Of a stretch of DNA of 64,000 nucleotides, positions 1 through 8,318 are shown piece by piece. Origin of the DNA: Rubripirellula sp. (GTDB lineage: Bacteria > Planctomycetota > Planctomycetia > Pirellulales > Pirellulaceae); the NCBI GenBank assembly GCA_965216875.1, contig OZ244207.1:5152001-5216000 (forward strand), written 5' to 3'. Position 1 is the stretch's first letter, and each line of letters opens with the position of its first letter. A program made the position numbers and the translations under genes. The notes below the pieces were generated by a model. The model had not been told where the DNA came from. It searched no databases and saw nothing but the letters and a program-made list of their open reading frames with translations.

Positions 1-1015
1 TGTCGTCGTCATCGACACCAACTCCAGCACGGCGCCGGGCGCCGCGGACGAGGACGACCCATTACTTGCAAAGCAGCGTGAAGCGGAAGCGCGCATCGAA
101 CAAAAGATTCGTGCGTTGCTTGTCGGTTACCCCGCCCGTGTCGCGGTTTCCGCCGAGATTGATCCAACGATGGACATCTCCAAAACGACGCTCAAATACG
201 ATGCCGAACCGACCAACCTGTCCACCAAATCACGCAAAACAGAAAACACCAGCAGCCGTCCTGCCAATCGTGGTGTTCCAGGGGCCGGTCCGAATGGGTT
301 GGCGGTGAACCGAGCCGTAAGCATCGAAGACAATCTGGAAACCACCAAAACAAAGGCAGACGAACGGGAAAGCAGCGGTGTGGCTGGCCAGCAATACGAG
401 CAATCACGAATGGCGTCGCTGCAAGTCAAACAGGTTCGCGTGTCGGTCGGATTGCCTGATAGCTACTTTCCCTCCGTTTTCTTGCGAGATTTCCTGGCCA
501 AGAACCCCGGCAAAAGCGAATCGGATGCCCCAGCGCTTGACGACACCACCCTTGAACAACTTCGCGCAGACACCAGGGAGAGCATTCAATCCGCCATCAC
601 GGTGTTGCTTCCCGAAGTCGCAGCGGGCGAAGACAAATTCCCGTTGGTGAACGTTTGGCATTACCCTGACTTGCCAGGACCGGCTGAAGACGAAACGGAT
701 GCAGCAAAGGTTGCTTTGACCTGGCTGGCCGACTCGTGGCACTCGATTGCTCTGGTCATGCTCGGTCTATTCGCATTGATGGTTGCTCGCGGCGCAGCCA
801 AAGGTGGTGGAGACAAACCGCCAGCGGAATTCTCGGAAGGGTTTGGACTCGAATTGCCCGCCCCGGCTATCGAGGGGGAAGAGGATATCGATGAGGATTC
901 CGAGCAAATGACGATCACCGGTGGCTCGCTGAAAGAAGAGCTAACGACTCTTGTCGAGCGCAACCCCGAAGTCGCGGCCAACGTCATCCGTGGCTGGGTC
1001 GGCGACGCGGCCTAA
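1..1015 (+). CDS. fliF: Flagellar M-ring protein FliF, C-terminal part (5' truncated by the window edge)
   Basis: Frame is open from position 2 (VVVIDTNS...RVAVSAEIDP). It has a C-terminal TM segment and ends LVERNPEVAANVIRGWV, like the FliF FliG-binding tail. Lies directly upstream of fliG-H-I-J. Confidence 0.8.
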   Translation, partial: VVVIDTNSSTAPGAADEDDPLLAKQREAEARIEQKIRALLVGYPARVAVSAEIDPTMDISKTTLKYDAEPTNLSTKSRKTENTSSRPANRGVPGAGPNGLAVNRAVSIEDNLETTKTKADERESSGVAGQQYEQSRMASLQVKQVRVSVGLPDSYFPSVFLRDFLAKNPGKSESDAPALDDTTLEQLRADTRESIQSAITVLLPEVAAGEDKFPLVNVWHYPDLPGPAEDETDAAKVALTWLADSWHSIALVMLGLFALMVARGAAKGGGDKPPAEFSEGFGLELPAPAIEGEEDIDEDSEQMTITGGSLKEELTTLVERNPEVAANVIRGWVGDAA

Positions 1016-1036
1016 ATCATGACGCGACGACCGCCC

Positions 1037-1152
1037 GTGAGCCGCTGGCCGTAAGGCCTCGGGCCTTGAGGCAATTGGACCGATGGGACCAAGCAGAAGG
1101 GTGTAGTGCCCGGCCGCTTACGCGATCACGGCTCAAGGTGTGAGCCGCTCGG
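1037..1152. repeat. REP-like doublet, GTGAGCCG family
   Basis: GTGAGCCGCTGGCCGTAAGGCCTCGGGCC at 1037-1065, with an inverted partner GCCCGGCCGCTTACGCGATCACGGCTCA at 1108-1135. Near-identical arm at 25844. Confidence 0.75.
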
Positions 1153-1287
1153 TCCGAGCGTTGTTACTCCCTCTTTCCTTTGCTCAATGGTTTGCGTTAG
1201 CAGCCACTAATCTCTCTTCCAATTTCGCCCCCGGTTTCTCTAAAAGAGAACTTGAGTGAAATCGAATGGGTTAGGGAGATTTTTTCG

Positions 1288-2607
1288 ATGGCGCATGGTC
1301 AACAATCTGGTTCCCAACGCGATGCTGCGCTTCGGCGAGTGGCGATTGTGTTGAGTAGCCTGCCGCCGTCCGCAGCCTCCGTGCTACTGGGGTCCATGGA
1401 ACCCGAATCGAAACAACTGCTCCGCCGCACGATGGCGACGCTGTCCGATGTCGATCCACTCGAACGGCAACGCGCTTTGCAAGCCTTCAAGGGCTCGCTA
1501 ACCAACCCGGTTCAAGAGAGTCCGTCGGCGGGTGCAGACCGTAGCGGCGATGTGACCGATGAGATTTCGATCGGCGGCGAAGCGGGGGCGAAAGTCGTTT
1601 CCACGCGGATCAGCAGCGACCAGGTTTCCACTGCGACGGCCTCGCCCTTTGGCTTCCTAGGTGAGGTGGGTGATGACACGCTGGTGAAATTGATGGGAGG
1701 CGAACACCCTCAAACGATTGCGTTGGTCCTTGCATCGATCGCCGCAGATCAAGCGGCACGCATCCTGCCAAGGCTCGACGCGAAACTCCAAGCCGATGCG
1801 TTGTCTCGAATCGGTCGCTTGGGGGAAACGCCCAACGACGTTGTCACCGAAATCGCAAACCACTTGCGTCAACGCATTGAATCCGAACAACAATCGGCGA
1901 CCAGTGAAAGCGGATTCCGCGCTCTGCAAGCCATCCTCGCCGCGATGCCAAACGCAGCGGCACAGGCACCGGTCGCCCCCCAGACTCCATCGTCACCCTT
2001 TCAACAAAGTGCTGTCCAAGTTCCCGAAGCGATCGCAAATCGACTGGCCTCGCAGCCGACCCCCATCCCATCTGGCAACGGGCCATCTGGCAACGTATCC
2101 GACTCGGGTCACGTCGACGGACCGATCGGGTTTTCCAAGGACGATCTTTCAGCAGTCGACCAAACGCATCGACTGCGGCTGGTCGCGGAAACCGAGTTGG
2201 ACGAGTCGCCCGCATCGCCCGCCGGTAGTGACCCCGACGCCGGTCAAGAACCGCCGCAGACCCTTCCCTTTGCAGCGCCACAGCGTCCCAGTTTCGGATC
2301 AACCGATTCGATCAATGAGCACTTGGTGAACTTACCTAGCGACGTCCTGTGCGAAGCCCTTGGGCGCGTCTCAACTCGTGAAATGATGCTCGCTCTATGC
2401 GGCCTACCGAACGACGTTGGCGAAGCGGCACTGGCGATTCTTCCCCGCGCCCACGCGCGCAAGGTTCGCCGCGGTATCGCGTCACTGCAATCGTTGCAGC
2501 TGCGAGAAATCGACAAGGCCAAAGAAGCGGTCGCCCTTGCTTCGCTGGAAATCGACGAAGACGAAGGCGAACAGCCGCTTGAGTCTCCAGTCCGGATGGC
2601 TGCCTGA
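1288..2607 (+). CDS. fliG: Divergent flagellar motor switch protein FliG-like
   Basis: N-terminal RRVAIVLSSL, middle-domain EHPQTIALVL motif and a C-terminal FliG_C-like region. ATG at 1288 follows an AGGGAG SD-like sequence. Lies between fliF and fliH. Confidence 0.8.
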   Translation: MAHGQQSGSQRDAALRRVAIVLSSLPPSAASVLLGSMEPESKQLLRRTMATLSDVDPLERQRALQAFKGSLTNPVQESPSAGADRSGDVTDEISIGGEAGAKVVSTRISSDQVSTATASPFGFLGEVGDDTLVKLMGGEHPQTIALVLASIAADQAARILPRLDAKLQADALSRIGRLGETPNDVVTEIANHLRQRIESEQQSATSESGFRALQAILAAMPNAAAQAPVAPQTPSSPFQQSAVQVPEAIANRLASQPTPIPSGNGPSGNVSDSGHVDGPIGFSKDDLSAVDQTHRLRLVAETELDESPASPAGSDPDAGQEPPQTLPFAAPQRPSFGSTDSINEHLVNLPSDVLCEALGRVSTREMMLALCGLPNDVGEAALAILPRAHARKVRRGIASLQSLQLREIDKAKEAVALASLEIDEDEGEQPLESPVRMAA

Positions 2608-2669
2608 TACGCCGCCCAATTGATCGCTGCCCAACGAAACCAGAGACATAGAGAAACTCGAGACACCTC

Positions 2670-3356
2670 ATGGCTGTCGTCCTCAAATCAGAATCTCCCG
2701 ACGAGAAAGAACCTGCGGCGCGCGATATTTCCGGGCTGGCCGGTTTCAACCTTAGCGATCTGGCCGACGAAGGTCGCGTCCGCATCGATCAATGCCGCCA
2801 GCAAGTCCAACAGATGCTGCAAGATGCTAAGCAGCAAGCCGACCAACTCTTTGAGAAGGCGAAAGCCGAAGGCTACCAAGAAGGATTGAAACAAGCCGCG
2901 GTCGACGCAGACAAGAAGCTTCACCAAGAAGCGGAAAAGCGTTCCAAAGATAGCCTCAAATTGATCAACGCCGCCGTCGGACAACTTCGAAACACGCATC
3001 AGCAATGGATGCAGCAGTACGCCGAAACGCTCTCTTCGATTGCGTTGGCTGCTTCAGAAAAAGTGATTCGCCAAAAACTGACCAACGAACCGCAGTTGCT
3101 TGTCACCTGGGCCGAAGACGCCGTTCGCAGCACGCGGAGCGCCACGCAATTGACGCTTGCCGTTCACCCCGAAACGCTCGCTCAACTCGGTCAAGCGCTC
3201 GATGAATTGTTGGCGGCACCCGATCTGCCCGAAAAGGCTCACGTTGAACCCGATGAATCGCTCCCGCCCGGTGAAGTGGTGGTGAGACAGAATGGTGGTG
3301 AAATCCAAGCTGGGCTGCAGGCGCAACTCGATCGCCTTCAGGAGATCCTGTCGTGA
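2670..3356 (+). CDS. fliH: Flagellar assembly protein FliH
   Basis: AxxxGxxxG repeat (AKAEGYQEG), VHP motif and C-terminal GGEIQAGL. Its stop overlaps the fliI start (GTGA). Confidence 0.9.
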   Translation: MAVVLKSESPDEKEPAARDISGLAGFNLSDLADEGRVRIDQCRQQVQQMLQDAKQQADQLFEKAKAEGYQEGLKQAAVDADKKLHQEAEKRSKDSLKLINAAVGQLRNTHQQWMQQYAETLSSIALAASEKVIRQKLTNEPQLLVTWAEDAVRSTRSATQLTLAVHPETLAQLGQALDELLAAPDLPEKAHVEPDESLPPGEVVVRQNGGEIQAGLQAQLDRLQEILS

Positions 3357-4834
3357 GTCAGCTTCAACTCGACACACCGCCACTGCCCAACATTGACGCC
3401 ACGGTCGATCACATTCGTCGTAGCGTGACCTATCAAATCACTGGCAGCGTCGCATCGATCACTGGCGAGACGGTCGAGATCGCGGGAATGACCGCGCCGC
3501 TCGGTGCAATCTGCGAAGTCTATCCTCAAGGCGGCCAAACCTGCCTTGCGCGAGTGATCGGATTCGATGGCGTGCGTCCAATCCTTGCTCCACTGCAACG
3601 ACTACAGGGCGTTGCCGCAGGAGACCGGGTGCGACTGGTTGACGTTTCCGCAACGGTCAAAGTGGGCCCCGGACTCTGCGGACGCGTGATCGACGCGTTA
3701 GGCAATCCAATCGATGGCAAGCCACTTCCGGATGGCCTGTTCACCGCCGACACCGACCACCCCGCGCCCGAATCGCTGGACCGACCACCGATCGATCAAC
3801 CGCTGCAAACAGGTGTGCGAGCGATCGACACAATACTGACGTGTGGCAATGGCCAACGCGTCGGGATCTTCGCTGGTTCTGGCGTCGGCAAAAGCACACT
3901 GTTGGGAATGCTTGCTCGCGGCTCGAGTGCGGATAGGATCGTGATCGGTTTGGTTGGCGAACGGGGACGCGAAGTCCAGGAGTTCATTGATCGCTGTCTT
4001 GGCCCGGAGGGTTTGGCACGAAGTGTCGTTGTCGTCGCAACCAGCGATCGACCCGCCGCGCAACGCGTTGCAGCAGCTTGGACGGCAACTTCGGTCGCAG
4101 AAGCCTTCCGCGACCAGGGCGAAAACGTTTTGCTGCTGCTCGATTCCGTCACTCGCTTTGCGATGGCACAGCGTGAACTCGGACTTGCCGCTGGCGAACC
4201 ACCCACCACACGGGGCTATCCGCCAAGCGTCTTCAACATGCTGCCCCGATTGGTCGAACGCACCGGTCGAACGAGTAAGGGATCAATCACCGCGTTCTAC
4301 TCGGTCCTTGTCGAGGGTGACGACAACAACGAACCGATCGCTGACACGCTGCGTGGCTTGCTCGACGGACACGTCGTGCTCAACCGAAAGCTCGCTTCCG
4401 AAGCACACTGGCCTCCGATCGATGTCTTGGAAAGTCTCAGTCGATTGCAGCCCCATCTGGTGGCTCCCGAAGTCGCCGAAGCAGCCAACCTGGCGCGCGG
4501 CCATCTGAGCCAATACCGCCAAAACGCTGACTTGATTTCGATTGGCGCCTACCGGCAAGGCAGCGACCCCGCCATCGATGCCGCGATCGCCATGCGTGAA
4601 CCACTCAAGTTGCTGCTCACGCAAACATCGCACGAATGCACTCCCATCGATCAGGCCCAAGCCGCAATGGTCACGCTGATGCGGCAACCCATTCCAACGC
4701 AACAACCGCCCCCCGGACAACAGGCCCACGGACAACAGGCCCCCGGACAGACGCCAGGAGCTCATCCGAACAAAGTCGCAGAACAGGCGGCCGCCCAACA
4801 ACAAGCCGCCCAGCAACAAGCCGCTCAACCCTAA
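3353..4834 (+). CDS. fliI: Flagellar export ATPase FliI
   Basis: Walker A AGSGVGKST, GERGRE, Walker B LLLDSVTRFA, GEPP..GYPPS and EGDD. Ends in a Q/A/P-rich tail. Confidence 0.96.
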   Translation: MSQLQLDTPPLPNIDATVDHIRRSVTYQITGSVASITGETVEIAGMTAPLGAICEVYPQGGQTCLARVIGFDGVRPILAPLQRLQGVAAGDRVRLVDVSATVKVGPGLCGRVIDALGNPIDGKPLPDGLFTADTDHPAPESLDRPPIDQPLQTGVRAIDTILTCGNGQRVGIFAGSGVGKSTLLGMLARGSSADRIVIGLVGERGREVQEFIDRCLGPEGLARSVVVVATSDRPAAQRVAAAWTATSVAEAFRDQGENVLLLLDSVTRFAMAQRELGLAAGEPPTTRGYPPSVFNMLPRLVERTGRTSKGSITAFYSVLVEGDDNNEPIADTLRGLLDGHVVLNRKLASEAHWPPIDVLESLSRLQPHLVAPEVAEAANLARGHLSQYRQNADLISIGAYRQGSDPAIDAAIAMREPLKLLLTQTSHECTPIDQAQAAMVTLMRQPIPTQQPPPGQQAHGQQAPGQTPGAHPNKVAEQAAAQQQAAQQQAAQP

Positions 4835-4864
4835 GCAACCAACTCACAAACCGACAAACAGCCC

Positions 4865-4951
4865 GTTTGTAGTACCGAGCTTTAGCCGGAATCTTCAAGC
4901 TCTTCCGCCTAAAGGCGGGACGACAAACGGACTCGTAGCCTCGTCCACTAC
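4865..4951. repeat. REP doublet (GTAGTACC family) plus a GTAGTGGACGAGG-family REP
   Basis: GTTTGTAGTACCGAGCTTTAGCCGGAA...TTCCGCCTAAAGGCGGGACGACAAAC (4865-4928), followed by GGACTCGTAGCCTCGTCCACTAC (4929-4951). Relatives at 13812, 25785, 62536 and at 36463/36722. Confidence 0.8.
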
Positions 4952-4969
4952 GACAACCTACTGCACTTC

Positions 4970-5422
4970 ATGTCATTCAAGTTTCGATTCGAAGCGATCC
5001 TCCAACTTCGCCGCCGCGAGCGCGACGAAGCGGGGGCCGATGTGGGCCAAGCGATAGCGGCAATCGCAAAGGTCGACGCACAGATCGCTGAAATCGAACA
5101 AACGCGTCAGTCCCTTCGGCAAGCCGACCAAGCCGAGCGGGTTGGCAACGTTTCGGTGGACAGCCTGCTGTCTTCGGGACGCTACGACATGCAGCTGCAA
5201 GCCGACATCGGCTCACTCCAGGAAACACGACAAAAGCTGACCGCCGAGCTTCAACGTCGCCAAGACCTTCTGGTCTTGGCGGAGGCGGAAATGAAAAAGT
5301 ACGAAAAGCTTGAAGAGAAGCAACGGCAAGAACACGACGAGAACTTGCGCAAACAGGAACAAGCCGAAGCTGACGAAGCGACTTCACGACAATATGCCAT
5401 CGCACTGCGGAAAATGTCATGA
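4970..5422 (+). CDS. fliJ: Flagellar export protein FliJ
   Basis: MSFKFRFEAILQLR N-terminus, 150-aa coiled coil, EQAEADE C-terminal motif; follows fliI. Confidence 0.9.
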   Translation: MSFKFRFEAILQLRRRERDEAGADVGQAIAAIAKVDAQIAEIEQTRQSLRQADQAERVGNVSVDSLLSSGRYDMQLQADIGSLQETRQKLTAELQRRQDLLVLAEAEMKKYEKLEEKQRQEHDENLRKQEQAEADEATSRQYAIALRKMS

Positions 5423-6075
5423 TCTCAAAACTGCTCAACGCATTTGCAGCTTTCTGCACCGCCACGGTGATTACCCAAATCATCATGCTTGGCTATTTCC
5501 TTAGCCAAGGCACCCTCAATGGTGACACCACGACCAAAGTCATCGCGTTGCTTAACGGCATCGACATCACGGGCAACCGGCTTCAACAGGTGCTGCGTCA
5601 AAGCGAAGACCGCGAGCAACCCGACTTTGACGAGATTCTTTCGGCAAGAAAAATGGACAGTCTCGATATGGACATGCGGTTGCGCAGTCAAAACGAGATG
5701 CGCGACGAGATCTCAAAAATGCTAGCAGACTTGACTGTTAACGTAGAGCGTTTTGATGAACGGCGCAAAGCGTTTGATCGTCGTTTGGCTGAACTGGCGC
5801 AAGGTGCGCAAGAAGAGGGATTAAAGGATTTGCAACGCATCCTTCAGTCACTTGATGCGGCTCAGGCAAAACAGCAACTTCTGAGAATGTATGACGATGA
5901 AAGAATTGATGATGTCGTGAATATTGTTGAAGCCATGTCCACAGAAAAACGAAAAGACATATTAGCCGAGTTCGTCACAAAAGATGAAGAAGACAAACTT
6001 GGCGAAATCCTTCGCCGCATTGGTGAAGGATCACCAATGACGAACGTGATCAATCAGGCACGCAGCGAACTGTAA
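5419..6075 (+). CDS. YlxF/FlbB/MotE-like flagellar protein (N-terminal TM, coiled coil, MgtE_N-like C-terminus)
   Basis: ATGA overlap with fliJ. Its position between fliJ and fliK matches ylxF/flbB in other flagellar operons. The C-terminus IVEAMSTEKRKDILAEF is MgtE_N-like. Confidence 0.65.
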   Translation: MISKLLNAFAAFCTATVITQIIMLGYFLSQGTLNGDTTTKVIALLNGIDITGNRLQQVLRQSEDREQPDFDEILSARKMDSLDMDMRLRSQNEMRDEISKMLADLTVNVERFDERRKAFDRRLAELAQGAQEEGLKDLQRILQSLDAAQAKQQLLRMYDDERIDDVVNIVEAMSTEKRKDILAEFVTKDEEDKLGEILRRIGEGSPMTNVINQARSEL

Positions 6076-6128
6076 GTTGTTGGCTCGAACCCTCGAGCAA
6101 TAGCAAGCAATCGCGCGGGGGGAGCCAC

Positions 6129-7685
6129 ATGAATGATCTGAAGACGACGGGTGCGCAGTCACAAAACCAAGCACCCATCTCGCCGCTTGCGCAAGGGAAG
6201 TTGCGATCGCTATCGGCCGCTGGATCCGTTGCAGCCGAACAAGAGGGGATGCTCGACGCATTCTCCGAAGTCTTTGCAGCGATGGCAGCAGCAACCGACT
6301 CGCAAGAGTTGAATGTTGACCAAGGCGCCGAAGTCGAAGTCTCGTCAAACAATGACGAGAATGCATCCGAAGAGGTCGAGGCGAACTCCGAGACCGATGA
6401 CTCGGACGACGTGAAACTCACCTCTGATGACCAGCATCACAAAGAAGAAGCGGTCGAGGCAACGGCGGTCGAAACGACGGACACGGCCGAGTCAATCTCT
6501 GACGACGACCAATCGGAACACGACCACGAAGACGTTTACGTGCCGGTCGCCGAAGAGGCTGACCAGGGCGAACAGGTCGCAGTGAAAGGGGATGAAGGCG
6601 CCACGGTCGGCGATGGCACCGAGCTTGTCGATGAAACACCGCTCTTCACCATCGACGACGGCGACAAAGGAAAAAACCGCCGCGGCAACGAGCAACAAGC
6701 TCAACAAGCCGAAGGCCCCGAGATCGTCCAGCGCACCGACAACACTCAGTCCTCGGGCGACGACGCTGGCAAGAACCAAACCGAAGCCGATCTCGCCGCG
6801 GTGACCGCTCAAACGTCCGATGACGGATCGGAGCAAGACGGTGACGGGCGGCGGCGGAAAAAATCACGTGGCCGTGATGGTGTTGCGGGTGCCAATGCAC
6901 TCAAGGACGCCCAAGCAAAGCCTACCGCGCAGCAGTCCCAGGATTTCGCGGTTTCCCAGACGGAAGCCGAGCCCACGACGCCTGCGCCGCAAGAAAACGC
7001 GACTCCTCAAGCGAGTCCCGCGGCTCGCCGTGCTGCAGTTGCTGCGGTCACCGGCGCACCGTCGGCCAACAACGCGGCGAACACAAATAGCCAATCGGGC
7101 GCCAACCGCGCCGCCAGTTCGGTCGAACCGATCGCGGAAGCGGGAAACACCAAGGCTGACAACAAGCCTGCCGCCACCGGAAAGAAAGGCAAGTCCGCAA
7201 CGAGTAATCCGAGCGATGCCGTGAACCGAGCAAAGTTGGTCCAACGGGTCAGCAAAGCGTTTCAACACCTCGGACCGGATGGGGGTGTGGTTCGTTTGCG
7301 ATTGGCACCCGCGGAACTGGGATCGGTTCGTGTCGAAATGCGGATCAATGGCCGCAACATGAACGCTCGCGTTGTTGCCGAAACGGAAGCGGCAAGTTCA
7401 ATGCTTCGCGAACACCTTGGTGATCTCCGCCAACGGCTCGAATCCTACGGGATGCAAATTGAAAGCATCCAAGTGGAAACCGATTCCGGCGAATCCAACC
7501 TGGACGGGCGATTCCAAAACCAACACGAGGCAACCGACTCGTGGAATCAGCAACGCAATCGCCAACCTCGCCAGCAAGTAAACCTTCGTGACCAAACGTC
7601 GGTTTCACAAGACGTTTCACCCGCACCGCGCGTCTCGTCGTCGGTTGGATGGGTGAGTTCCGCAGGTGTCGACCTTCACGCCTGA
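6129..7685 (+). CDS. fliK: Flagellar hook-length control protein FliK
   Basis: Long acidic low-complexity N-terminus, then the C-terminal motif VRLRLAPAELGSVRV...LREHLGDLRQRLESYGM. Confidence 0.92.
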   Translation: MNDLKTTGAQSQNQAPISPLAQGKLRSLSAAGSVAAEQEGMLDAFSEVFAAMAAATDSQELNVDQGAEVEVSSNNDENASEEVEANSETDDSDDVKLTSDDQHHKEEAVEATAVETTDTAESISDDDQSEHDHEDVYVPVAEEADQGEQVAVKGDEGATVGDGTELVDETPLFTIDDGDKGKNRRGNEQQAQQAEGPEIVQRTDNTQSSGDDAGKNQTEADLAAVTAQTSDDGSEQDGDGRRRKKSRGRDGVAGANALKDAQAKPTAQQSQDFAVSQTEAEPTTPAPQENATPQASPAARRAAVAAVTGAPSANNAANTNSQSGANRAASSVEPIAEAGNTKADNKPAATGKKGKSATSNPSDAVNRAKLVQRVSKAFQHLGPDGGVVRLRLAPAELGSVRVEMRINGRNMNARVVAETEAASSMLREHLGDLRQRLESYGMQIESIQVETDSGESNLDGRFQNQHEATDSWNQQRNRQPRQQVNLRDQTSVSQDVSPAPRVSSSVGWVSSAGVDLHA

Positions 7686-7761
7686 TTGACCTCGCGTTGC
7701 GAAGCGTTGCAAAGCTACAAACGGTCGAGGATTGATTCCGTTTTCACGCGAGACAAGAACC

Positions 7762-8208
7762 ATGTCACAAATCGGACAAACAGGCGGCGCCGACTTCACC
7801 GCGCAACAATCTGCGGGCCAGGCTGGCGGATCGAGTGATAGTTACAACGATTTGGACATCGATTCGTTCCTGAAGTTGTTGATCAGCGAGCTGCAAAACC
7901 AAGACCCGCTCGATCCGATGGACAACAGCGAAATGGTCCAGCAGATCGGCCAGATCCGAGAAATCGGGGCCACCGACCAGCTGACTCAAACGCTATCAAA
8001 CCTTTCCGCAAGCCAGGAATTGGTCACCGCCAGCGGGCTGATTGGCCGCGAAGTTAACGGGCTTGCGGACGACACAAGCGTGGTCGATGGAGTGGTCGAC
8101 CGCATCACTGTGGAAACTGACAGCGAGAACAATTCACGTTCGGTCAAAGTTCATGTGGGTCAACAGACGATGGATATAAAGAACATCCGGGAAATTCAAA
8201 CTGGGTAG
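7762..8208 (+). CDS. flgD: Flagellar hook capping protein FlgD
   Basis: FLKLLISELQNQDPLDPMDN signature. ATG at 7762 chosen over TTG at 7732. Confidence 0.93.
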   Translation: MSQIGQTGGADFTAQQSAGQAGGSSDSYNDLDIDSFLKLLISELQNQDPLDPMDNSEMVQQIGQIREIGATDQLTQTLSNLSASQELVTASGLIGREVNGLADDTSVVDGVVDRITVETDSENNSRSVKVHVGQQTMDIKNIREIQTG

Positions 8209-8318
8209 ACTTTAACGACCATCGGCTGCTCGCCAGGTACGGGTATGGTGCCTTCGTACGGTGAGCCAACGATTGGGATCGAAAGTCTTTCCGATCACAT
8301 CGTTGGAGTGCAAAGCCG

